In this document: positions 1 to 8,506 of the stretch, one piece after another | Layout: every line of letters starts with the position of its first letter | Position numbering within the stretch: position 1 is the stretch's first letter | From: a virus | Lineage: Duplodnaviria; Caudoviricetes | IMG/VR virus record: IMGVR_UViG_3300033076_001589 | Coordinates: 1-30,105 of that record | Length of the DNA: 30,105 nucleotides | Direction: 5' to 3' (one strand) | The notes under the pieces: generated by a model | Told to the model about the DNA's origin: nothing | Databases searched by the model: none | The model's input: the letters and a program-made list of their open reading frames with translations, nothing else | Made by a program: the position numbers and the translations under genes

Positions 1-1
1 A

Positions 2-2575
2 CGTGCCGTCCAGGACCAGCAGGCCGGACGCCACCACGGTGCCGGAGACCCCGGTCGTCCGGCCAGTGATGGTGGTGTCCAGCCGGAATGCACGATTGCT
101 CACTCCGCTGCCCAGCGTCACCGCCCCGGAATCCAGCAGGGTGGTGGACCCGGCCTTGAGCCGCACGCGGATCGTGGGTGTCCCGGTGGTCGAATAGTAT
201 CCTCCGGCCGACACGCCGACAGATTTGCCCGCCGAACTGACGCCGGTGCCGCGCAGCCAGTTGGCCGGCAACGTGGCACTCCCAAGTCCGGAGCCGACCA
301 GCGTGGTCTCCGTGACCGTGTTGGCCACGGTGACCGAGGCAGTCTGGCGGAAATGCTCGGCCACCGGCTTGTCAAAGCCGGCATCGCCCATCTGGTTCTC
401 CCCGCGCGTGTTCAGCGTGCCGCTGTCCGTAAGCAGGAGCCCGCGATCATTGCAGGCATTGTGTGTGAACACGCAATGGGACGCCTCGATGCTGGCGAAG
501 TAGCCGTTGCCGTTGGCGTTGGCCACCGTGTTGCCCTGGGCCACCGAATACAGGCAGGTCCCGGAATCGAACCGGATGGGGATGACGGCCGCGGAATCGA
601 GCACAAACGTGTTGCCCATCACCACGGCGCGGGGGCCGCGCACGCGAACCTGGCTGTTCAGGTTGGGCGTGGAGCTGTTGTCCAGGAACACGCACGAGAC
701 GACCCGGCACCGCTCGCTGGTCGTGTCGAGGTTGAGCTGCATCGAGCTGCTGGATTTGGCGTAGTCCCAGCGGCACCCCAGCCACTGCGTGCCCGTGCCG
801 GCATCGGAGCAGACGGCGCCACTGGGCGTGCCGGTGCTAGGGCCGAAGTAGCAGCGGTCGAAGATGACGTTCTCGGCGCCGTCAATGATCTCGACCGCCT
901 TGGCGTTCCAGCTCCGAAAACTGACGTTGCGCAACGTGATGTTGCGGGAAGCCGCGTCAATGTAGGCACAGCCGGCCGACAGGCTGGACGGCTGGCCGAT
1001 GATCTCGATGTTCTCAAAGAGCACATCGTGACCCTGGGCAAAGATCGGGGACTTGGATCCGGCCAGCGTGTCATCCGGAGAGACGATCTGGATGTTGCGG
1101 AAGGCAATCTGCCGGGGGATGTCGTCCGCCGCCAGCAGGGTGGCCGCCTGCACGTCCAGCGCCTGCCCGCTCCGGCTCACGATGCCGTTCTGGAACGTCA
1201 CGTTTTCCACCCGCTTGGTGTCGTCGTGACAATGCACGTTCACGACGAAGGTGTAGGTGAAGTAGCTGACGTTGGAGACGTTTCCGGCGGGCTTGATCAG
1301 GTCGCACTTGAACCCGTCCACAAACAGGTTCTCCGACCCGTCCTCGAATTCAAATGCCCGGTCGCTCCGCCACATGGACACCGCCTCAAACCGGCAGTTC
1401 GAGGCCGCCCTGAACCAGCCCACGGTGCCGGTGGCGGGCGAGGCGGCCGGCGTGGAGTCCGTCTTGTAGGTGAAGGTGGTGCTGGTGGGCGTGGTTTCCA
1501 CCACCCACTTCCCGTTGTAGGCGGTCTGCGTGGCGTTGCGCACCCACACGCGGTCGCCCGGCACCAGGTTGTGCGCGGCGGAAGTGGTCGCGGTGGCCGT
1601 CGTGCCGGAGCTGGTCAGCGACGAGAGGTTCGCCTGGGTGTCGGAGCTGTTGACGTGCAGGCAGGACGCCGACCCGTCCCAGCTCTTGATCTGCGTGAAG
1701 GTGCAATGAGAGACAAGCACGTTGCGCTTGGCGTTGATGTCCACGCCGTGCCCGGCGTATTCCCAATGCACATCCGCAATCGCGCTGTCATCGCCCGCCT
1801 GGATTTCGCGCGAGTCACCGTCCCAGTGCGCCGCAGTGTAAGTCGAGATGTCCGCAGTGTAGGGCGACGTTCCGGTCAGCGACGCGAGCACCGTGTAGCG
1901 CCCCATGCTCACGGCCGGCGTGTTGGCCGGGATGGCAAAGCTGAGGATGGTAAGGCTGCGGCCGGCACCCACCAGGGCCTGGCCGGCGGAAAGGGTCAGC
2001 GTGTTCGTCACCGTGTAGGTCCCGGCCGGAAGCAGGACACTCTTGCCCGCAGCCAACGCCGCCGTGATGGCCAGGTAATCGTCCAGACCGTCGTCCGGGA
2101 TGGCGCCGTATTCACGGGCGTTCACCGCCGACTGCTTGAGGTGGTTGAGCTGCGTCTGGAGGGTGTTGGTTGCGCCGTCCAGATAGCTCAGCTCGTTGGT
2201 GCTCAGGGTCACGCCGCCCACGGACAGCGGGCCGGAGATCCCCGTTGTGCCGCCCAGCAGGCCGCCCGTGATCATGCCGCTGTAGGGCACTGATACCCAG
2301 CGCCCGGTGCTCGCGCCGTAGGGCGAGGCGATGACGCGGGGGAATCCGCTGCTGTTCGTCGCTGCGGTCGAGCTGTTGTCCCACACGAAGAGCTGGGTGC
2401 CGCCGGTGTCGCCGATCTGCACGGTCGCCTGCGTTGTGCCGCCGCTGTCCTTGCGGCCGAGCAACTGTGGCCGGCTGGTCTGCAGCGCGCCCACGGTGGG
2501 CACCGTGACCACTTCCTGGGCCAATGCCTGCAGGAGCGCGAAGGCCGTGAAGACCAGTAAGAAGATGCGTCTCAT
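2..2575 (-). CDS. Tailspike / pectate-lyase-like beta-helix protein, >=858 aa, 3' end outside window (not in ORF track)
   Basis: Manual translation: MRRIFLLVFTAFALLQALAQEVV... NELSYLDGATNTLQTQLN... VNAREYGAIPDDGLDDYLAITAALAAGKSVLLPAGTY (Pectate_lyase_3-type start of beta-helix); ATGA overlap with the upstream stop. Confidence 0.88.
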   Translation of the reverse strand, partial: MRRIFLLVFTAFALLQALAQEVVTVPTVGALQTSRPQLLGRKDSGGTTQATVQIGDTGGTQLFVWDNSSTAATNSSGFPRVIASPYGASTGRWVSVPYSGMITGGLLGGTTGISGPLSVGGVTLSTNELSYLDGATNTLQTQLNHLKQSAVNAREYGAIPDDGLDDYLAITAALAAGKSVLLPAGTYTVTNTLTLSAGQALVGAGRSLTILSFAIPANTPAVSMGRYTVLASLTGTSPYTADISTYTAAHWDGDSREIQAGDDSAIADVHWEYAGHGVDINAKRNVLVSHCTFTQIKSWDGSASCLHVNSSDTQANLSSLTSSGTTATATTSAAHNLVPGDRVWVRNATQTAYNGKWVVETTPTSTTFTYKTDSTPAASPATGTVGWFRAASNCRFEAVSMWRSDRAFEFEDGSENLFVDGFKCDLIKPAGNVSNVSYFTYTFVVNVHCHDDTKRVENVTFQNGIVSRSGQALDVQAATLLAADDIPRQIAFRNIQIVSPDDTLAGSKSPIFAQGHDVLFENIEIIGQPSSLSAGCAYIDAASRNITLRNVSFRSWNAKAVEIIDGAENVIFDRCYFGPSTGTPSGAVCSDAGTGTQWLGCRWDYAKSSSSMQLNLDTTSERCRVVSCVFLDNSSTPNLNSQVRVRGPRAVVMGNTFVLDSAAVIPIRFDSGTCLYSVAQGNTVANANGNGYFASIEASHCVFTHNACNDRGLLLTDSGTLNTRGENQMGDAGFDKPVAEHFRQTASVTVANTVTETTLVGSGLGSATLPANWLRGTGVSSAGKSVGVSAGGYYSTTGTPTIRVRLKAGSTTLLDSGAVTLGSGVSNRAFRLDTTITGRTTGVSGTVVASGLLVLDGT

Positions 2576-3270
2576 GGTTCGTAACCCTCCAGCACCCAGC
2601 GGCCGGGCGAGGCGTCGCTCGGCACGTCAATGGGCAGGATGATGGTGATGCCGTCGCTGATCCGCGTGTCGGTGGTGTCCTTGTTGAACCAGCGCCCGGA
2701 TCCCAGGATCGCTCCGTTCTCGTCGCGAAGGACGCGGACGCGCGTGGGGTAGCTCGCGTCGAACACGCCGAAGCTCGCCAGATCCTGGAGATCGCCGGCG
2801 GTCACGTTGACCAGGCTGCTGATCCCGTGCGCCTTCAGCGTCACGTTGGTGGAGCTGGTGACCGTGAAGTAGTTCGTCGGCAGCGCGAGCCAGGCGCTCT
2901 TCGCGTTGAGCTGGGCCTGGAGACCCGCCGTCACGCCGGAGAGGTAGCCCGCCTCCGTCCGCGTCACGCCGACGGACACCAGGTAGCCGTTGTCATCGAG
3001 CGCGAGCACGCGGTTCGTGCTGCCGATGCTCAGCAGCGTGTCGCCGATCAGCGTCGAGTTGGCCAGCGTCAGTCCGCTGCCGGAACCGTTCGCCGCCTTC
3101 AGGTAGCCGTTCAGCGCAATCGCGTTGCTGATGCCGGCCATGTTCGTCTTCCAGAAGCCGCTCCGCAGCACCGTGCCGTTGGTGTCGGTGAGCAGGCCGA
3201 TCTGCGGGGCGGCGCTCGCGGCCAGCAGGACGAACAGCGAAGACGCGAGGAAGCGAAGGAAGGTGCTCAT
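2572..3270 (-). CDS. Putative tail fibre/tailspike-adaptor protein with signal-peptide-like N-terminus
   Basis: TEAGYLSGVTAGLQAQLNAK fibre motif and C-terminal D..DG.TII.P...GRW motif resembling tailspike N-terminal domains; both motifs shared with the downstream gene. Confidence 0.7.
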   Translation of the reverse strand: MSTFLRFLASSLFVLLAASAAPQIGLLTDTNGTVLRSGFWKTNMAGISNAIALNGYLKAANGSGSGLTLANSTLIGDTLLSIGSTNRVLALDDNGYLVSVGVTRTEAGYLSGVTAGLQAQLNAKSAWLALPTNYFTVTSSTNVTLKAHGISSLVNVTAGDLQDLASFGVFDASYPTRVRVLRDENGAILGSGRWFNKDTTDTRISDGITIILPIDVPSDASPGRWVLEGYEP

Positions 3271-3749
3271 GTCGGGGTGGCGGTGCCGGTGGAGTCGAGC
3301 GACAGGGAGAACACGCCGCCGGACACGACGCCCGTGACGCGATGGAACTGCGTGGTGTCCGGGTTCCGCAGGTAGAGGTGCCCGTTGATGATGAACACGT
3401 CGTCCGTGCTCTGGCTTGCCGGCAGGTAGCTCGGGTTCGGTGTCGGGGTGACCGGCGTGGGCGTGACCACGCTGTCGTCGATCAGGTCCACGAAGTCGTA
3501 GCTGCCCGACTCCTCCGTCACCTGGATCTGGATCCGCGGGCCCGCGCCGAAGGTGAACTCATACCATCCCGGCGCGAGCGCGACCGTGAAGGCCCCGTCG
3601 TCGTCGCTGCGGATGTGGCGCGTCTGGGCGGCCACCACGCTGCCGGACTCGGTCACCACGGGTGCGGTGGCCGACGTCTCGATCTTGATGGCCAACGACA
3701 CACCGCTGCCGGTGATCGCGAGCACGTTGCCGGTGATGGTGGCGGGCAT
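3267..3749 (-). CDS. Putative tail fibre N-terminal-like (attachment) protein, 160 aa
   Basis: Start reassigned to MPATITGNV (TGATG coupling); SDDDGAFTVALAPGWYEF resembles prophage tail fibre N-terminal domains. Confidence 0.65.
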   Translation of the reverse strand: MPATITGNVLAITGSGVSLAIKIETSATAPVVTESGSVVAAQTRHIRSDDDGAFTVALAPGWYEFTFGAGPRIQIQVTEESGSYDFVDLIDDSVVTPTPVTPTPNPSYLPASQSTDDVFIINGHLYLRNPDTTQFHRVTGVVSGGVFSLSLDSTGTATPT

Positions 3750-4402
3750 CAGGTGAGGAGTTCGTTGACCACGTTGCTCGGCAGCCAGCCGGCCAGCCAG
3801 GCGCGGGCCTTCAGCCGCGTGCCGGCCGCGGGGCGGCCGAACGGGCCGGTGTAGAGCGTGCCGTTGCGTGGCGCGGGGTTCCGCCCGTCGAGCGTGTAGA
3901 AGATCGCGGCGCCAGGCGTCGCGCACGTCAGCTCGATCGGATCGCCGCTCACGTCGGCGGTGAGGACCAGCTCGTCGAGTTCGGCGTCGAGGCCGCCCGC
4001 GGCGGTGAACTCCACGTTGTGCGCCGTCATGCCGGGCTGCGGATCGGCCAGCACCAGGCTCCGGCCCACCAGAGGCACCGACAGCGAATCGGGCGTCCAG
4101 TGGTGGAGCAGCGTCAGCGCCCGCTCGGCACACGCCAGGGCGCGGGGCCCGGCGGCGTTCAGGAGCGGCGTCTCGGCACACGCGACGACGATGCGGATCG
4201 GATCCAGCCGCGGGCCCTGCAGGTCGCCGTTCGTCACGTCGGCGTTCGGCGTGAGGATGACGATGGACACACCCAGCGTCGCGAGCGCCCGCTCAATCTC
4301 GCTGTCGAGGTCGGCGGACTTCTGGGTGAGCACGTCCACGTCGGCGAAGAAGGCGTCGGCCTCCAGCCGGGCGGCGATCTCCTGTTGGAGTTCCAGGAGC
4401 AT
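3749..4402 (-). CDS. Putative tail-completion protein fused to a chitobiase/beta-hexosaminidase C-terminal (FN3-associated) domain
   Basis: Start MLLELQQEI (TGATG coupling); C-terminal IELTCATPGAAIFYTLDGRNP..GTLYTGPF..LKARAW is the CHB_HEX_C pattern; position after neck genes. Confidence 0.65.
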   Translation of the reverse strand: MLLELQQEIAARLEADAFFADVDVLTQKSADLDSEIERALATLGVSIVILTPNADVTNGDLQGPRLDPIRIVVACAETPLLNAAGPRALACAERALTLLHHWTPDSLSVPLVGRSLVLADPQPGMTAHNVEFTAAGGLDAELDELVLTADVSGDPIELTCATPGAAIFYTLDGRNPAPRNGTLYTGPFGRPAAGTRLKARAWLAGWLPSNVVNELLT

Positions 4403-5064
4403 CAGGCCTCTCCCTTCTGCGCCTTGGCGGCGGCGCGCTTGGACTGCAGGGCGACCCACGCATCGAGCGCCTGGGTGGACGCACCGATGATGGCGGCGCG
4501 ATCCGGCAGCACGGTGGGGTCGGGTCGTTGGGTCACCGACTTGACCAGCCAGAACCAGACGCCGCCACCGCGCTCGAACTCCGCCGCGGCCGGCTCGTCG
4601 CCCCGGCGCCGGCCGGAGAGGGCTTCGTCGCGCGCCCCGAGGTCGCTGCGGTCGGCCTCGACCAGGGCACCGGCCCCGGAGCGGAAGAAGATCGGCACGA
4701 GGAAGGGATGCTCCTTGGCCCGCGTGCCGTAGGCCTCGCTTCGCGCGGGGATCGTGAGGAACTTCCGGCCGTTCGTGGGCCGGATCGTGCCGCCTTCGAC
4801 GCGCTGCCGGATGCCGACGTGGGCGACGTTCACCTTCACGGTGCCACCCTCGGCGGTCGCGCTGGTGGCCTTGGCCGCCTGGCTGAAGAAGTTCGTGCGC
4901 TTGCCGCCGAGCCGGTTTGGGCGCTCGTCGTTGAGCTTGAACAGGTGCGTGCGGAAGAGGTTCGCCGCGGCGGGCGCGACCACGCGGGCGGCGCGGGCCG
5001 GCTTCACCTGCTCGATGAGGTCGGCGAGCGAGCCCGTGGCCTGGTCGTTGAGGAGGACTCTCAT
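4402..5064 (-). CDS. Virion morphogenesis / neck protein (Mu gpG-like)
   Basis: GGTIRPTNGRKFLTIP and WLVKSVTQ.PDP motifs, basic composition, synteny. Confidence 0.65.
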   Translation of the reverse strand: MRVLLNDQATGSLADLIEQVKPARAARVVAPAAANLFRTHLFKLNDERPNRLGGKRTNFFSQAAKATSATAEGGTVKVNVAHVGIRQRVEGGTIRPTNGRKFLTIPARSEAYGTRAKEHPFLVPIFFRSGAGALVEADRSDLGARDEALSGRRRGDEPAAAEFERGGGVWFWLVKSVTQRPDPTVLPDRAAIIGASTQALDAWVALQSKRAAAKAQKGEA

Positions 5065-5822
5065 GCGGCGAGGGCGAAGGGGCGGGACTGCGGCTCGATC
5101 ACGTCGAGATCACCGATGACGCCGAGCGCCACGGCGGTCTCGCGGTCCACGTCGCGGGTCCACATGCCGGAGTTGAAGTCGAAGGGCGGGTAGGGCGTGC
5201 CGAAGCGGGACAGCTCGCTCCAGATCGGCGAGTCCTTGCGGGCGATCAGGCGGCCGGTGGCGGCGGCGACCTCGGCGGCGTCGGTGTCGCCCACGGCGGC
5301 GGCGGCCTCGGCCCAGCGTTGCGACCAGTCGCGGGGCACCTTGCGGCCCTCGGCGCGGAAGAGTTCCCAGCAGGGGAACAGGTCCAGGGCTTCCTCGGTC
5401 TGCGCCTGGGCGAACTGGCCGTAGCCCTGCGCCTGCTCGACGTTGGTCTTCAGGATCAGGTCCAGGCGCACGTTGCTGGACAGGTCCTTCAACGTGCCGC
5501 GGTCCTCCGGGTCGGGCTGGTAGCCGGCGTCGGCAAGGGCCTGCTTCAGCTCGGCGCGGGCGCTGGCGAAGTCGAGTCCCTGGGTGAAGGGCGAACCGTC
5601 GGCGCGCACCTGGGCGCTGGGCCGGAGGATTCGGTCCACGCGGTCGGCGAAGGCTTCCAGGAAGTCCTGCCGGGCCACGCGGGCGCTGAAGAAGGACCGC
5701 TCGCGCACCTCGGCCGGGAGCTGCTGCAGCTCGGCCGTGCCCCAGTTCGTGGGCAGCAGCGACTGGGCCGCGCGGCGTTGGAGCGCCTCGGCGAAGTCGG
5801 TGATGGTGTCCAGGAGGGGCAT
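5061..5822 (-). CDS. Head morphogenesis protein (Mu gpF-like)
   Basis: RSFFSARV, RLDLILKTNVEQAQGYG and YPPFDFNSG motifs typical of Phage_Mu_F-like proteins. Confidence 0.78.
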   Translation of the reverse strand: MPLLDTITDFAEALQRRAAQSLLPTNWGTAELQQLPAEVRERSFFSARVARQDFLEAFADRVDRILRPSAQVRADGSPFTQGLDFASARAELKQALADAGYQPDPEDRGTLKDLSSNVRLDLILKTNVEQAQGYGQFAQAQTEEALDLFPCWELFRAEGRKVPRDWSQRWAEAAAAVGDTDAAEVAAATGRLIARKDSPIWSELSRFGTPYPPFDFNSGMWTRDVDRETAVALGVIGDLDVIEPQSRPFALAA

Positions 5823-5834
5823 GGAGCGGGGAGT

Positions 5835-6290
5835 TCAGAGGCCGGCCATCTGGCTCGGCTTGGCGCGACGGGGGGAGGAGGAGAGGACAGTGACGCGGCC
5901 GCTGCCGATGACTTCGGCGGAGACGGTGGCGGGTTGCTCGACCTTGAACGTGCAGGCGGCGACGCGGGCGAAGAGGCGTTCGGCGGCCTTGTTCGCCTCG
6001 ACCCGGTCCTCGGTCAGCAGCGACCGGCCGAGCGGCAGGCGGGTGAACGCCTCGAAGCGGACGCGGGCGAGCGTGGCGGACTTGAGCTCCTCGGGGATCG
6101 TGAGCCCGTCGCCCAGGGAGTTCTCGGCACACGCGGCCACGTAGCCGCGGACCTCCTTGATGATCTCGGCCAGGATCGCCGTGAAGGGATCACTCTGGCC
6201 GCTGCTGAGCGCGGCGGTCTGCAGGGCGGTGAACTCGGCTCCGGTGAGGGAGCGCTTCACGTCGTCGGTGCTGAGGGTGATCCAGGCCAA
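5835..6290 (-). CDS. Head-tail adaptor (Mu gp36 / DUF1320-like)
   Basis: TTG start MAWITLSTDDV, EVRGYVAA, TIPEELK; lies immediately after the capsid gene. Confidence 0.75.
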   Translation of the reverse strand: MAWITLSTDDVKRSLTGAEFTALQTAALSSGQSDPFTAILAEIIKEVRGYVAACAENSLGDGLTIPEELKSATLARVRFEAFTRLPLGRSLLTEDRVEANKAAERLFARVAACTFKVEQPATVSAEVIGSGRVTVLSSSPRRAKPSQMAGL

Positions 6291-6313
6291 GGCGAGTGGA
6301 GAGTGGAGGGTGG

Positions 6314-6352
6314 AGAGAAGGGCGCGCGGCGCGACAGGAACGCAGCGCGCCC
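6314..6352 (-). terminator. Possible weak terminator/stabilising hairpin after the capsid gene
   Basis: GGGCGCGC...GCGCGCCC stem followed by TTCTCT on the minus strand. Confidence 0.4.
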
Positions 6353-6365
6353 GTGGTGGGTCACG

Positions 6366-7364
6366 TCAGGAGACGGTGATCTTCCGGATGTTGCTGGTGA
6401 GCCCGGAGGTGATGACGACGTTGGAGTAGTGCTCGACGGTGATGTCGGTGAACTTCTCCTGCTCGGTCACATAGACGCCGAACTTGCCGCCGCGGGCCGG
6501 GCTGCGGAACAGCTTGATGTCGGTCGCGTCGTCCTTCGTCACGCCCTGAAGCGCGAAGTAGAGCAACACGGTGCTGGCGGTCATCACGCCGGCCTTCGCG
6601 GACGACGTGGACTGGTAGCGCGCCTTGATGGGCAGCACGAGGTCCACCATCAGGTGGCGGGCCAGCTCCTGCTCGGTCATCGCGGCCTTGCGTGCGGCGG
6701 CGGGCGCGGTGCTGGCCTCGTAGGCACCCACGCGGGCATCCCACGCGGCCTCGGCGAACAGCACGGTGTTGGGCCGCACGCCGCTGATGTCGGCGGAGGC
6801 GCGGAGTTCCGTGCGGAGGTTGTCGTCGGGGTTGGGCGAGCCCGAGGTCCAGATGCGCGCCTGGTTGTTCGCCGCGGCGTTGAGCAGCACGAGCGCGCGG
6901 CGGAGGTCATTCCGCAGCAGGCGCATCATCAGGCGGTCCACCGCCTGTTCGCGCCAGGCATCGCCCACGACATCGTCGTGATCAATGCGCGTGGTGAGGC
7001 CCTTGTTGTGGGTCTTCTCGTTCACCGAGCTGCCGGTGTATTCGACGCGCTTGAACGGCGCACCGATGGCACGGATGTCATCGGTCTCGCTGAGGAACGC
7101 CTCGGCGTTGTTGGCCGCCTTGAACTCGAACCGGCGGGCCACCGACACCTCGGGCGCGACCTGCGCGAGCAGGGCCTCCAGGTTCTCGGGATCCTTCCAG
7201 CCCACGGTGTAGGCCGTGAGGGGCTCGGAGTAGTTGGCGGAGGTGAACCGCGCTTCGTTGGCGGCGTAGATCTGGCCCGCGACGAGGTCGCGACCGGAAT
7301 CGGCGGGGAGCGCAAAGGCGCGCTCGGCGGAATTGATGGCTTCGATGATCTTCCCGTGTTTCAT
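6366..7364 (-). CDS. Major capsid protein, 332 aa
   Basis: Start MKHGKIIEA; size and position after protease and decoration genes; GVRPNTVLF motif seen in HK97-fold capsids. Confidence 0.75.
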   Translation of the reverse strand: MKHGKIIEAINSAERAFALPADSGRDLVAGQIYAANEARFTSANYSEPLTAYTVGWKDPENLEALLAQVAPEVSVARRFEFKAANNAEAFLSETDDIRAIGAPFKRVEYTGSSVNEKTHNKGLTTRIDHDDVVGDAWREQAVDRLMMRLLRNDLRRALVLLNAAANNQARIWTSGSPNPDDNLRTELRASADISGVRPNTVLFAEAAWDARVGAYEASTAPAAARKAAMTEQELARHLMVDLVLPIKARYQSTSSAKAGVMTASTVLLYFALQGVTKDDATDIKLFRSPARGGKFGVYVTEQEKFTDITVEHYSNVVITSGLTSNIRKITVS

Positions 7365-7398
7365 GGGATTGGGACTTGGAGTTGCGGTGGAGCGCGCG

Positions 7399-8277
7399 TT
7401 AGCTCGCCTGGGTGAAGGTGACTCCCGCGGCGACGCGGCTGATCGCGTAGGCGAACCAGCTCGTGCCGTCGGTGTAGAACTCGACCTTGTCGCCGGCCAC
7501 CGACTGGTTGGCGACGAAGGACACGGTGTCGTCGGCGGTGCCGGAGTCGCCCGCATCACCGGCCACCGAGTTCTGGTTGCCCTTGATGATGTTGGCGGAG
7601 CTGGCGGTGACGACGGTGTAGGCCCCGCCGGTCGGCGCGGTCTGCACGATGAACGTGAACCGCATGCCGGCGACGGGCGCGGGCAGCGTGCTGACGAAGC
7701 CGGCGGCGGCGTTCAGGTAGAACGTCTTCCCGCTCTCGCTGGCCGCGATGACGTTGGTGGCGGTCACCGTCTCGGTGTTCGCCACCTGGATCGGCTCGCA
7801 GTCCTGCACTTCGACCACGTCGCCGTCGGCGGCCGCGGTGGTCAACAGCGTGCCGACCAGCACGGACCCGCTCAGGGCGATCTTGCCCGACGCGGCGGCA
7901 TAGACGTAAACGCCCGTGGTGGCCATCGCCTCGCTCGCGACCATTCGCTTGGTGCTGCCCTTGCCGAGCAGACCCAGCGTGACGGGCACGGCGGCGATGT
8001 CAGCGGTGGCGACCTCGTCGGCGATGACGCCGAGCGGCAGGTCGGTGGCGCCAGCCACGGCGAAGGTGTTGGCCGCCACGCCGCGCTTGTAGAGCAGGTG
8101 GCGGGTGGTGATGGCGGCGTCGGCGTAGCCGGTGAGGCCGTCTTCGTGGGTGCCTTCGGCGATGTTGGCGCCGTAGGTGATGCGGGCATCGCCACGGCGC
8201 CGAAGCGCGATGACGGCCAGGAGGCCGGCCGCCAGGATCAGCGGCAGGCAGAGGAGGAACAGGAACAGGGAGTTCAT
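7399..8277 (-). CDS. Capsid decoration/cement protein (DUF2190-like) with N-terminal hydrophobic anchor and C-terminal extra domain
   Basis: Start MNSLFLFLLCLPLILAAGLLAVIALRRR; AGATDLPLGV..VGTLLTTAAADGDVVEV is DUF2190-like; between protease and capsid genes. Confidence 0.7.
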   Translation of the reverse strand: MNSLFLFLLCLPLILAAGLLAVIALRRRGDARITYGANIAEGTHEDGLTGYADAAITTRHLLYKRGVAANTFAVAGATDLPLGVIADEVATADIAAVPVTLGLLGKGSTKRMVASEAMATTGVYVYAAASGKIALSGSVLVGTLLTTAAADGDVVEVQDCEPIQVANTETVTATNVIAASESGKTFYLNAAAGFVSTLPAPVAGMRFTFIVQTAPTGGAYTVVTASSANIIKGNQNSVAGDAGDSGTADDTVSFVANQSVAGDKVEFYTDGTSWFAYAISRVAAGVTFTQAS

Positions 8278-8308
8278 GGGACTGGGGAGGGGACTTGGTT
8301 GCGGGGAC

Positions 8309-8476
8309 TCAATCGGCCTTCTTGGCCTTCTTGTCGGCCTTGGCCTTCTCGGCTTCGGCTTCGTCATGGGCGACTTGGGCGCGGACCACTCGGACCGCGT
8401 GTTCCCGGCTCAGGCCGGCTTGGACCCGCCAGGCGATCTCGTCGGCGTAGGTCTCTTCAAAGGTCTTCTCAGGCAT
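8309..8476 (-). CDS. Small hypothetical head-module protein, 55 aa (below ORF-track cutoff)
   Basis: MPEKTFEETYADEIAWRVQAGLSREHAVRVVRAQVAHDEAEAEKAKADKKAKKAD; fills the gap, with a C-rich leader like its neighbours. Confidence 0.7.
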   Translation of the reverse strand: MPEKTFEETYADEIAWRVQAGLSREHAVRVVRAQVAHDEAEAEKAKADKKAKKAD

Positions 8477-8506
8477 GGGAGGGAGAGGATGGGAGTTGGG
8501 ACTGGT

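Noticed and set aside
353-2293. 646-aa plus-strand ORF
   Set aside because: Antisense shadow of the minus-strand tailspike gene in GC-rich DNA
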